Source: Botryllus schlosseri (lineage: Eukaryota). From it: a DNA stretch of 64,000 nt. The position numbers and the translations under genes are program-made. The stretch lies in contig CM119371.1 in NCBI GenBank assembly GCA_051294905.1, positions 32,736,001 to 32,800,000 on the forward strand, read 5' to 3'. Positions 24,290 through 37,177 of this stretch are shown here, one piece after another. Positions within the stretch are counted from its first letter, which is position 1, and each line of letters begins with the position of its first letter. Below the pieces are notes generated by a model, which had not been told where the DNA came from, did not search any database, and worked only from the letters and a program-made list of their open reading frames with translations.

Positions 24290-25990
24290 TTATTTCTGTG
24301 CCAATGAGGACTTATTGAAATCTGAGCGCAGCTTGCGGCTGTTTTCAACGCACTGCATTATTGCATTCCTTTCATATGAGTCATGCGTGAGGATGTCTTT
24401 ATACTCCTCAAGGAGACGAATTCGTCTTTTTGCAGCATTATACACAAGTTTCAAAGATCTCACTACATTTTCAAGGTACCTATATTCGGAAAATTGAAGC
24501 CATGTTGTCGAGGGATGCTTAAGAAATTCCATGGCATCTAAGCTGAATTTCAATTCTCCAAAAAGTATGGTTGATCTGTCATCGACCAGATGATGAAGTC
24601 TCGTTTCTTCAGAAACTGTTAAAAAACAGGTTTCTGCGGTTTCATAGAGGAATCCACATATCTTTCAAAGGATTCATAAATTTTCAAAGCAAGTTGTTCT
24701 TTTTCGTCAGGGGCTAAAGTTTCTGAGCATTAAGCAAGGGGAATAAGTTCTTCTGACAAACTCCAGAGATGGCCCTTGAATGCGGAAATTACAGTTGTTT
24801 CAATTTTCCTCATTGGGCATTTGCCTACGGAAAGATCCACCATTTTTAGGTGAAACTGCAAATCATAGACTGCAGCCTCCGAGGGGAGGGGTGCTTGAAG
24901 CCAATAACAGGTATAAAACATGCAATGAAGTCACCAAAACGCTTCTTCTTCGTGAAGGTGGACTCGTCAAGATCAAGTTGGTCTTGGAGAAGAAGCATTT
25001 TCAACGTGTAAATTGCAGATGACATCCGTCGAGCTCTATGATGAGGTCCTGGCCTGCGAAATGTGAAATTAGTAAATGCTGCCTTATCAATGTAAAATAT
25101 AGAGAGAGTAAGTATAACTCCTTGTAGTGATCTCGTGGGGTGTTGGTACTGCTGGAACGGAGCTTGTCTAAATTGGATATAGCCTGTAATACATCACCCT
25201 TTTCAAAATTTTCTCCAATTACCAGATGATTCGTGTCATTTTCATGATTCAAAATATCCTATGTTTTTCAAATAATCAAAAATATCTAGTTTCGGGCCAG
25301 TTGATGCGCCGGGAACACTTTTGAGCACATGTGACAAAATGATTTCATAAACGTGATGACGGCATGCGGTCGAAAGTAGTGGATGTCCCAGCAAAGCTTC
25401 CAGCAAAATGCATGCACCACTAAATTCACCAGTGTTTAAGGACGTCGTGTCAAAACACATGGTCATGCAATTATCCCGAATTTGCCATTCGTTTAGTATT
25501 TCTTCGATAGCTGAAGATTGCTTAAATCCAGTCCCGGATTGTAAATCTGTAGTCCCAAGAAGCTTTGATTCCCCTCCGGCATTTGTCAATATGGCGATGT
25601 GCTCTTTGGGTAACATATCAATACCCTGTTTCAGGAGTTTCTCGTCCCAGTGAATTGTAAAATATTTTTTTTTTTGATGCTAGTTTGAATTGTTTCGTGA
25701 TTTCCCAACAATAGTTACTGCGAACACCATGACGCCGCCGTGAAGTTGTTGACTCACTTAAAATGAATTCATTGACATCACCGCCAGATGCTCCGATGAC
25801 GGATGCCAAAATATCATTCAATCCGCCATTTGAAAGTTTATGTCTATCAGCAGCAACAATTACTGAAGGCAGAGATGATATTCTTCGTGAAACTTTCAAC
25901 AACACGAAATCAGATCGATTTGATCGACTGGAACCTGGCATATCATCGTCAGTTGATATTACAGAGGCAGAAGAGCCTGTGTCACTACTA
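24290..25990 (-). pseudogene. Inactive hAT-superfamily (hATm-like) DDE transposase, multiple frameshifts
   Basis: Across successive frames: IHWDEKLL, KLLG...SGTG, MCFDTTSLNTG.FSGACILLE, ACRHHVYEIIL, HLWSLSEELIPLA and VRSLKLVYNAAKRRIRL (the usual NDxAER glutamate appears as K). Confidence 0.85.
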
Positions 25991-28900
25991 TAGTGCTAGT
26001 GAGAATGGAGTCTGGTGATATCCACGTAGATACAGTATGGGATGTATGTCGTATTCGCATGATTCATACATATTAAGGTTATCAGAGAGTTCTTGTTATG
26101 AAAACTGATAAAATATGAATAAACGAAGGAAATTTAGAAGGACAATCTTTCGTGCATAGTGAATAATTCGAGCTGTGCCATAACTAAACAATTTTCGGTG
26201 ATGGCCATGTGACAACCGCACATATTAATATCGAAGTCTTTAGCTAACCATAGACGGTCGGCACACTTTCATGATCAGGCCATATTGTAGAAACGACTTC
26301 TCTCGATAGTTTGGCTCTAGTATCCAACACAAAATCCTGAGTTAAGTAGGCTACACACTATCCACAGGAAATCGCACTAAGCCTGGCATCCGCACTGGAA
26401 TTGTTACCATCCAACGGGTTAAGAAAGACTGCAGTATAACACACGCATACAGGGTTGCAATCAGGACAATAATCAAGTCACAAGATTCTGAATCACAAGT
26501 CAATATGTCTTTTATAGTTTTGCCTCGAGTGCGGTCAAGTCATCTTTAATTATCCACCGAGTCAAGTCCGAGTCCAAATTCAGGTCGAGTAAGACTCATA
26601 GTGCTAGGATCCAATTCCGTGTTCAAGTCCTAGTGATTATCGTTCATTATCGAGTTCAACTCACTTCTGTGACTCTTGGGTGATATCGAAGACGTCGGAT
26701 TCGTAAAATATACATATTTATATCTCTAAAGACGTCATTTTCAAACAGACGAAATTCGGTCCTGGTATATTCAAATAAATCATCTGGAATTCGCTGTTCA
26801 ATTCGTATACGTCGGGTCAATATACAAATTCACTCGAGTTGATTCGAGTCATCTGCATTTTAAAGAAGATTACTCGAGTCACATTTAGTCCCACTAAATT
26901 AGAGTCATTACAACCCTGGTTCAATTTGCTGGCTTCTTCGTGATATCCCTATCCAACGCAACTAACTGCCAAACTGTCATGGAAGCGTCTTCACTTTTTT
27001 CTTTGAGCAGATTGCACAATCTTTTCTGTTCCTATCAGTTCTACAAGATTCACGTAATTGTACTCAATTGAAAGCGATTGTGAATGTGGTACAGCCTTAA
27101 ATGGTCCGATGTCTAATGTTACGGCATGGATTATGATAATCATGCAATAATCATTAATATTGTGTCGAAACGAAGAATTAATGTTTTTATGTCATATCCT
27201 AACGATAGAAATTGAGAGCCTGTGTCTAAATAAGCGGAGAATTGTCAGTATTAATGGAAGTCATTTACTTGGAACTTTTGTTCTGTCCCTTGAGCATTTT
27301 GACTGAATAAATCTGTGGTCCCAGATATCTGTTGCTCGAATTAAGCAGAGTCGACTGTATGACCTCGTAATTACTCGATAGAGTCAGCTGCAGTGTGTCT
27401 TAAGCTGTGTTGAGCAGTCTGTTTTCATATCGTTAAGCGTAATTTAATACCCCCTACAAACCGCGAGCGTGACTGATTAAAGGCTTTAACCAGATGGTCG
27501 AAAATCAGGACAGATGTCAGAGTGTTTGACGACATGCAGGCATCAATTGTTGTGTCAGGCTTACTTACGATAAATTCTGAATTCAAACACAGACACATAC
27601 GTAACTGCCGCACAGCACCTTAACCATATTTTCAACCCAGAAATATAGCCTACATGTTTATTTAAAATGACAGTAACATGTTCAATATTAGTCATTCATC
27701 AAAACCAATGCTTTTCAAACTGTGAGATACGCACTTGTGGGAATTTGCAGTGCGAATGACGAAAGATGTGCGAATGAAAATCCGGATGGGTGTGGAGTAG
27801 TGAACTAACATTTTCGCACTATAATTATTACATAACCAAAAAAAGCCTGGTTTGAATGCCGGTGTAGTAGCAGAGATATAGTATATCAGACCGTCTGGGT
27901 CCGCGACAGGCTGGAAAAATGACGTCAAATAGACTTTCTGCTTTCTTTTGCAGAACAATCATTATTCTCATAATAAAAAATATTTAGCACGAGGCACGAG
28001 GATAGTAGTACCAACAATACAGACTCACATTTGCAAGTTACTGTAGCGCAAATTCTTATCCCTTCAAGGGTTATTAAAGTATGGGCCGCAAAGGATATAA
28101 CGTTAGGTCGACACGATGCCAGAGCTATTTATTGATATGTATGTAGTATTTGTTGAATTTATTGCAAAAAATCCTGCGAGGTTACTGTTGTTGCGTGCCA
28201 TAGCCAATAAGCGAGACACACATAAAATACGGATCGATCATGAGAATCTATCGACCTTTGGTTTAAATTCATGATAGGATTTATATGACTGGTTTTCTGA
28301 AAGACGTGGCCGAAGGCCGTTGAGATGGGCTATAGTGTAGGGGTGTGCAACGAGTGCGTCCAGGCCTATGAGACAAATTCATTTCGAGTCCAACTCCTTC
28401 TATGTCGGGGCAAATGAAGATGTATAGTTTTGGCCAACATACCGCTGACAAAAGGCGGTGCCAAATCATCAGCGGCGACAAAACCTTAGCAAAAAATGAC
28501 CGTCGCCGGATGGCCGAAATCTTTCGATATGGATGCGCTCCGTTGTCGGCAGTCTGCACTTACTAGTCCCGTTCTTGCAATCCGAGAGGACAGTAGTACA
28601 CATGCGACGAGCAGAGGAATTTAAATCACACCTATTCGAGATCGCGTGCATCAGACATGTTTCGTGTTGCGTACAATTGTGGTCAGCACGTTCGGTACCC
28701 TATGTCATACATGTCCTTAAAATCATGGCATACTACTGTAATATTAACAATGCATTCTTTTTCATGTGTGAGGCTCGAGTCGCGATGCCACAAAATCTCT
28801 GATTTTTCTCGTATTCCAAGAAGATGGTTGTTGGTTATTGAAGGTTTTCGATCTGTTATTGAGTTTCGAGTGAGAGATCTTTGCTCTTCCAATTAACTCG

Positions 28901-29119
28901 CGAGACAGAAAATGGGAAATCGAAAAATTAAAACAGAACGCAAGTCTGGGAAACGTATCATAGGGTAGCGAGCTCTAATGTGCGTACTCTCCGTGATCGT
29001 GTTGGAGCATATTTCACAAGACATCAAGCAAAGTATAACAATTACGATTTTAGATTGGTTTGAGCCAATGAAATTCATTTTCCAAAAAAAGGGCGAATCG
29101 GTATCCCAAAAGGTTGAAA

Positions 29120-30960
29120 AGAACTGTGTGTCTTTCCTGTATTTCTGTGTTCTGATACTGACCGAGTTTCAGCATGTATTAGGTTTACCATATTAGCTAC
29201 TTTATGCAGACTCCGTTATGGCGTGGAAGTCGCCGGTGGTGGATGACGAAATTCACTACTAAGACGTTCGTTTGAATAAAGGTATAAAGAGTTTCTAGAA
29301 GACGATGTTGGCTTTCAAATACCTCCCTATCACATGCGATGATATAAAATCATCGAGACCGTTGTATCGATGATGTACATTTTACATTCTATAAATTCTA
29401 CTTTGAAACTGTTTTGATTGAGATCAGGGTATTGTCGGTTCAAATATCACTTACATAAGATTGGATCTACTGATTCCGTTTGTCAGGACAATTTTTGTAA
29501 CCCGATACTTCCGAGCATTATTTAATGCACTGTTTCGAGTATGTACGGCAAAGTACAAATCTGAAACGCTATATTACAATGATAGTCAGTTTGGTACGGC
29601 AGAATAAGTAACCAATGAGTGCATCTTGGATCATGTGATTTAGTATGTCAAGTGAACACGGCGCGATATTTAATGTTTATGCCAATGAATTTATATATAT
29701 AAGCCTACCGTTTGCAATGTTAATTTAAAGGCAATCAGGGTGAATTCCCAAGGATATCCATCATTTTAATATGATTCTCTGGTCATATACTCTGAAATAA
29801 AAGTAATTTAAAACAGTTGTACGCACAGCACAATATAAAAATGTCTCTTTGAAAATGGTTTATCGTCACACCTATATCGCGTTTACGAGTATGCAGTGTT
29901 CAGGAAACTGGCCATTGATTCATCAGCATTTTCACAGCTATATACGCTCATCGCGTCCATGCGATTCGTGCGTTGGGTTTAGCATTTAAACACATCCGGC
30001 TTCAGTCCGTTTCATGCATCGTCGCGGCTCTTGCGAATTCGATGCATAAGCTGTAAGCTCGCCGTGCATGTTAACGGTATTAGCGACGATATCGGTAGTC
30101 TATCTGAACGTGAGTATTATGGGAAGCACATAGTCAGCATTAGTCAGGCTAACCCAGCTTTCCAGATAGCTTGCTCTGCGGTATATTTTACATTGGGAAG
30201 ATAGCGCGATTATAATAATGGAAGCTTGTTTATGGATTCGACAAAGTGTGCTAACTGTAGCCTGATACATTGCCTATCATGCAACATGCCCATTTTGCCT
30301 AAAATCTTCTAAAATTACTATACACATAATAGCACTCGCGCTAGAGATAATCTAGTGGAGAATTTGAAAAAAAACATCGTTTATGAAAAATCATGTCTAT
30401 ATCATTTGACGCTCGTATAAAGGATTATAGCGTACCAGTATTTCGACTATGAAATCTACGCGAATTCAATTGATGATGCAGCCTGGATTCGTATTTGTTG
30501 AAATGTTAATTTTTTTTTATATTACTTCAGGGTCAAGTCATGGTTAAACTGTTGAATCAGACTTGTACAAACTACTAATTTAATTGCCGTTCAACTATAA
30601 CTAACGGTGTTTTGAGTAGTTCTAGTCCTATTTCCAGTTGCAGATTTCAAAAACTGAGTAGTTTTAGTTCTAGTTCTTTTTAAATTGAAAAGTGAGTGGT
30701 TCTAGTTCTAGTTCTGGTTTCACATTTGAAAAAATATTAGTTGCCGAACAACTAGAATGCACATGTTGTCTTTTTGCGTGATTCAAGCTACCGGCGTTCT
30801 GTTGAATAATGTTTGTGCATCCATTGTTAGCTCAGAGCCATCACTGCTCTTCAAAGTCGGAAGCACGTATTTTTGATATGTCTATTCTATGTCTGATATT
30901 TCTGATTAACTAAAAATGAATGTGTTTCCAAGTTAAATGAAATCCATTTCAGAACGGTTC
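29120..30960. repeat. Copy B of the inverted duplication (partner 120-4400)
   Basis: Colinear reverse-complement match to copy A; lacks the LINE and foldback insertions. Confidence 0.85.
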
Positions 30961-30983
30961 TTCGCGTTTAACAACTGGCATAC

Positions 30984-31490
30984 CAGTGATGAGCATCGGA
31001 GCGGAGTCGGAGTGGATTCGGAGCGGAGTCTTGCCGATTTTGTGGCAGCCGGAGTGGAGTCGGAGTTTACTACAGATATTTTTTCGGAGAATTTCGGAGT
31101 ATTGTAACTTTTGTCTCCGATATCTTTGGATAGCACTGACCAGAACACACTATTGATTATGATTACAAACCAAAACACAGACAGTTGACACCTTGTAAAG
31201 TTGTAATATGACGGGTAACATGCAAAAATGATTGCCAAGTGCATAAATATCAGCCATCTGCGCTGCAATTGGGGACTGGAGAGTAAACAATACTATGAGG
31301 CCAACCATATTATCACATGTACCATGTGCGCCATGCACCATGCTTGCCACTGTTTCGGATACTTGACAAGATTCATCGGAGTATTTCGGAGTCTGGGATT
31401 GAGCTCTTCGGAGTCGGAGGGAGTTTTCCTCAGGCACTAAAGTTGTCGGAGGGATTCGGAGTCTCGAAAAGCACTATCCGCTCATCACTG
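30984..31490. mobile_element. hAT-type MITE with GGAGTC repeats
   Basis: 11-bp TIR CAGTGATGAGC; perfect 8-bp TSD TGGCATAC (30976-30983, 31491-31498). Confidence 0.88.
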
Positions 31491-32474
31491 TGGCATACCC
31501 CTGCCCAAGAGATGAGAAACTACTTTTTAGACAATGAGAAGCAGGGAATACGTTGGCGGGCGAAGTCAAAAGTTTGCTCTGTATTCTAGTTATGGTTGTG
31601 GATTTTTTTGAAGTGAGTAGATCTATATTTAGTTTTAGTTGCAAATTCAAGTCAATTCATTTTAGTGGAGTGTCTTGAGTCAGGTCATTCAGAAAATGGT
31701 AATAGAGCAAAGCCATGACTCCAGTCGTGTGAACATTAGTTGTCCCTAATAAAAATGTTTAGAGTGTGCCAGTATTTCGACGAGGAAAGTGACTCGAATA
31801 TCTATATTCAACTTCGTCCATTTCTAAAGTAACAGAACAACGCCCTCAGCGAAAAGTGTGCGTATTCTACCCAAAATAACGGGAACAGAACCTTACTCAG
31901 AATTATATCGCGGTCATAAATCCTACGCGCTTACTTGCATATCTTCCTACGTACATACGCGAATGCATCATTTGAAATAAAATGTTGTACTCGAGTCTGA
32001 GGTATGCTCCGATTTCTTGTGCCATGGGTGTATACTGTAATTAACACCCGTATATAATGGGTGGTATATGGGTGGAAATACACAATCTTTTTGTTAAGAG
32101 TGTAGAATGGCCGTTTTCCAGACATAGGGCCATTTTCTGCGGCTGCGGCCTACATCAGTGGTCGGGATCTTTTTTCGTCTGAAGAGCCATGTTAGCCCTA
32201 TATTTTCCATTTTAACTCCCAGCAGAGAGCCATACATGTCAATTAATTGTTACAGCGCAATTGAAAATTTGCGACGTCATGGTGTTACAAGTTCGAACTT
32301 ACTACATGGGATTAGTCATGCGTCCCATATTCTCCCTGTAAAAACTGGGACGCTACTAATCATCCCGTGATAGCGCAATTCATCGTAAATAGCTCAGAAT
32401 TTATAATAATTGATATTAATCTAATATAACGGTAGAACTGATTCCGGAAATTTAAATATTGATCGATTTCTCAA

Positions 32475-32678
32475 TTCGCGGACCCCATGAAAATGCTTCG
32501 CGGAACCCCGGTTGAGAACCACTGCTGTGAACGACTCTCGGCGGTATCACGTTTATATGGACAAGGCAATATAACCTTCGCGGACCCCATGAAAATGCTT
32601 CGCGGAACCCCGGTTGAGAACCACTGCTGCAAACGACTCTCGGCGGCATCACGTTTATCTGGACAAGGCAATACAAAC
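32475..32678. repeat. Two tandem 102-bp copies derived from a hAT MITE end
   Basis: Period 102 (TTCGCGGACCCC at 32475 and 32577); each copy contains GGTTGAGAACCACTG; the adjoining sequence matches 34790-35071. Confidence 0.85.
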
Positions 32679-33088
32679 CTCGACTCAGCAGACTCACTAC
32701 CATAAAATCACATGAAGATAATTAATTACGATCAAACCCTCTAAATTTCTCTCTCTAGCACAATATAGTTGCAAAAAATGGTTGCATACTTTACGTTTTG
32801 GTTTCATTTCAATTTTGAAAGTTCACCGGTACGCCAGACATTTTTTTCAAATTTCACCGGTCTGCGAGGTGAAACAGGTTGATAACCACTGATTTAGAGC
32901 CCAATTGTGAATGATTTCTCCCATGTTTAGGCTTGGCATGGTCTCTGATGTATGGGTAATTCCTCTGGCCTCATATTCGTGCGATGAACTGTCATTACGT
33001 TCAGAGCACTAATAACTTGACAAGTATCACGCTGTTCACTGCCGCCAACCTGACATTTCAGGTCACGGGAAAAGTCAGTCAGCATTTA

Positions 33089-35296
33089 CCCGTAATTTTC
33101 CATGTATAATGCACAAAATTTACACGATTTTTCGCCCGAATATCGGGGGTGCGTATTATACATGGGAACAACACGCTTGAAAAAAATCTCCCTCCATAAA
33201 AAACTTGAAATCACACCTTTCTTCATGTTTGTTTCCAATCGCGAATCACTTTCAGCCATCGCGGGTAGTAATTCGTTATTAAAGAGTGTGACGCGCTTCC
33301 AATTAAGGGAAGCGCCTTTCTAATTAACAAGAGCCGTGTGCACAATCACGCGATCTCCTGCTGAGTTGGTTTGCCGTTTGTGCGCGAGCGAAATGAGGTC
33401 AGTAATAGACACTCGCACGCGGCAATTCTCGCCAATTCATCGCGTCAACGACAGGCCCGAACAATCGCATATACAAGAGGCCATGTGCGCAAGATATATT
33501 CGCTTGCGTGATCAGTCGCATCGCATCTCCAACAGATCTGTTGCGCATGACATAACCGTTAGCCTAGGCGCAATCTCATCTGCAATAGGCATCATGCTCA
33601 AGATGTCGGTTCGTTGGCCTACCCTAACTCGCCGCCGGTCTCGCAGGCTTTGGCTGTCATCTACTATCGTTTAGAGACAATACCGTTAATTGTATAATGC
33701 TTAGCAATCGCATCTGTAAGAGGTTCAAGATGTCGTGTCGCTAGCCTGAACTATCGGGCCGCCCGCCTCGCAGGCTTTGGCTGCTATCTACTATCGTTTA
33801 AAGCAGTGGTTCTCAACCGCCGGTCCGCGGACCGGTGCCGGTCCGCGACGACATTCCTGCCGGTCCGCGAGGTAGATTACAATTTTATACTTCAATTTCA
33901 AGATGTAATGTTCAAGGCTTGTCCATCGATAGAATAAATAAAACATCAAATTTTAAGATAATTCAGAAGTTCGTGAGGTAACATTAGGGCTTGAAACATG
34001 TTCGATTTAACTTAAAGTTCAAGATGAGTTATTTGACGAGCGACAAGTACAGAACAGGTATGAGCTGACTCATCTCTAAACAGCGCAGTTCGCGCGATCA
34101 TTCGTTTTCGATTCATTCATTTTGTGTAGGACCGTATCTGGGGCACCCAAAACTGCACAATTGGAGAGGGGTCGAGCTTGAAAAGTGCCCAAATGAACCG
34201 AAATCAATTTTTCTGAAACCTTTTCCAACATTTTTCGATTTCTTTTCGCGCTTTGCGCGATTTAGTGTCACTAAATGTCTTGCTTATTAGGTGCACGCAT
34301 GATTTATGGAAATGGGCATTTCGGCGTCAGCCATTACCGCGCCTCGGCGTACCAACCCCTAATGAAGTATAGGCTAACATGGAACTCCGAAGGGTGTGCC
34401 AAAATTCGGCAGCGAGAAAACCGATCCAGTCATGAATGATCGATAATATTCGGTATTGCCGCGATTAAGCTACATGAACTTTCTGCTTACGCCGAGTAGA
34501 ATGAATGTGCTCACAAGTACAGGTGAAAACATCCACTGAACTGTAGGGTCTGGGGGTGAATCCCTGTGAGGGACCAAACCAACGTTTTTGGGGGTGGGCT
34601 AACGAAGTGGTTTTGCGGCCCGGATTTCCGGTATAGTTGCTCCAAGGTGTTTTCCTGCGGCACGCATTGTATTCGTAGTTGCCAGAGTAGCGTATGCGTC
34701 TGATGGAAGTGGGCAATGAGTAAGGTAGCACGGCAAGGTGCTTTGTTCGGGTTGGTGTGGTCTGTTAAACCCACGGCCTTCGGCGTGAAAGACTGTAAAC
34801 GACTCTCGGCGGTAGCAGGTTTATCTGGATAAGACAATTTTACCTCGAATCTGCAGACTGACTACCACAAAATCACATGGATGCTATCATGAAGATAATT
34901 AATTACGATCAAAACCCTTTAAATGTCACTTTCTAGCACCATATAATTGCAAAAAAACGGTTGCATACTTAACATTTTTGCTTCATTGCAATTTTCGAAG
35001 TGTACCGGTCCGCCAGACATTTTAAATAAAATTTTACCGGTCCTCGAGGGGAAAAAGGTTGAGAACCACTGGTTTAAAGACAATCCCGCTAATTGTATAA
35101 TGATTAGCGATCGTCGTGTAATGATTGTTCAACAGTGACATCGCAAAACAGGACACGGTATACTAAAACACAGCTATTCATATACTGAAATGCAGGGTGC
35201 GTACTATACATGGGTACAGGGTTTTTCCCAGAATTTACATGCTATTTTAGGGGTGCGTATTATACATGGGGGAGTACTATACTTGGAAAATTACGG
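33089..35296. mobile_element. Tc1/mariner (Tc2/pogo-type) non-autonomous element hosting a nested hAT MITE
   Basis: Ends TA|CCCGTAATTTTCC ... GGAAAATTACGG|TA; subterminal GGGGTGCGTATTATACATGGG motifs near both ends. Confidence 0.7.
33804..35071. mobile_element. hAT (Buster-type) non-autonomous element
   Basis: TIR CAGTGGTTCTCAAC; perfect TSD GTTTAAAG (33796-33803, 35072-35079). Confidence 0.9.
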
Positions 35297-36822
35297 TATA
35301 TCAAGTCCTATTTTACAAGCCTAACACAGACTTGCAATCAAGGTGACTGAACTGCTATTCGAAACGCCATTTGACTACCAATACACATCTAAGCAAGCAT
35401 GTAAAAAAATCAATAATGGCCCGAACTATCTCTTGCTCAACTTATCTCAACGAATAACTTCATTCATATTCCCTTCCATCGCTATAGTCTCGAAAATGCA
35501 ATTCGCCGGCACGGAGGGAATATAATTCAAACTTTAAAATATGGTTGGCGGTACTAAACTTGAGTATTGCTTTCACAACTACATTCATTGCAGTAAAGAA
35601 TTTATTAACTCGAAGACTTTTCGTGTGCCCCTTATCGAGGGTTAACGGCACAATAATAAGCATACAGAGAGAGATTCAAACGAAAACCGAATTGGCAAAG
35701 TATGACAAAATATTAACGCTAGGCAAAGTCAGCTGTACCGGTAGTCATAACAAGAGACGAGAGAAAATCAAATTATACTATGATACAGTGCTCTTCAACC
35801 GGGGTTGTCGTACACCCTCTAGGGCAGTGGTTCTTAACCTTGACTCCAGCGCCCCCCAGTGGGCGCTGGCGATTTTGAAAGGGGGCGGAAACGCTCAGGG
35901 GCGATATGGGGGGCGCTGGGCTCAGGGGGGCGGTATGGGGGGCGCTGGAGAAAAATGGCTTCGCAGTAGATGATGTGGTGGTAGGACATATCCTTAATGA
36001 GTATTCAGAGAAAATGAACACCGAAAACTTCGTTATATATAGCCTACAAAATACATATAGGTTTAAATGTCCATGGGCGCCTAAATGACTGGCACCGAAT
36101 ATTCCTGTGTTGGCAATCTGAACCCCAGAAGACGAATTCCATCCGGCAGGGAAAAATTATATGCAAGTGAAGAAATACCAATTTGAAATCGTGTAATCGG
36201 TTGGGGCAGAAATAAGTGAAAATTTGTCGGTATTCGAATCACCGTCTACGCCGGCTCTGTTATTCGTTACTTATTAAATTTTACCAGCGAAATCCGGTTC
36301 TGTGACAAACTAAGTACCAAAATAGTATCTTGTGAGTGATTGGAATGTATGTAACAGCAAGTCGCGAAAGATGGTTATGTCTGAGACATTATCTTGTCAG
36401 CGATCGCAGGGTTTGCGAACTATTTCACACCTATTTGGAGTGTTAATATGTGAACGCGGCTATTGTTGGTATTGGAATCGCCGTCTACGCCGGCTCCGTG
36501 GTAAACTAATTACCAAAATATTACCTTGGAAGTGACTCCTAGATTTAGCAAACTATTTTGCACTGAATGGATTAGTGTAATAATCGATAGTAGCACGCAG
36601 TTGGCCGGGAAACAATTCCACACGCAGGTCATTCGAAATATAGGTCGCACGCACACTGCGTTATCCTCACAACAAGCCACGTTTCCGTTTGTGCGGTTAT
36701 TGTTGGTGACTCGTACATATTCAACACCGCGCGAGAGATGCCTATACTCGAAAGTACGATATGCCGACGCATCCATAAGAACACATGATGAATCACCAGA
36801 GATCGCGTAAGAATACATGACA

Positions 36823-37160
36823 GCCACATCATCGCCGCGGCCTATATCCACAACGTTAGTTCACTACGACACAAGAATCGTGGGCACATCATCGCCGTAG
36901 CCTATACCAGAAAGGGTACCATCATCACCGCATAGGCACATCATCACCACATGGGGGTCTGAAAGGGTACCATCATCACCACGAGTTTTCACGGCACATC
37001 ATCGCCGCAGCCTATACCCGAAAGGGTACCATCATCACCGCATCCATAAGATCACATGGCACATCACCACCACAAGGGCGGTCTAAAAGGGTACCATCAC
37101 CACCCCGGGTTTTCAGGCACATCACCGCCGCACCCATAAGCCACAATGGCACACCACGAG
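36823..37160. repeat. Minisatellite with higher-order structure (alternating GGCACATCA(T/C)C(G/A)CC and AAAGGGTACCATCA(T/C)CACC modules)
   Basis: Higher-order units start at 36883, 36993 and 37116 (110 and 123 bp, third partial). Confidence 0.85.
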
Positions 37161-37177
37161 CGATCTATACTACTACT

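Noticed and set aside
32471-32705. Repetitive ORFs on both strands
   Set aside because: An artefact of the 102-bp (multiple of 3) tandem duplication of a MITE end.
36883-37146. Repeat-spacer appearance suggesting a CRISPR-like array
   Set aside because: Spacers are themselves repeated between units, there are two alternating modules, there are no cas genes and the context is eukaryotic.
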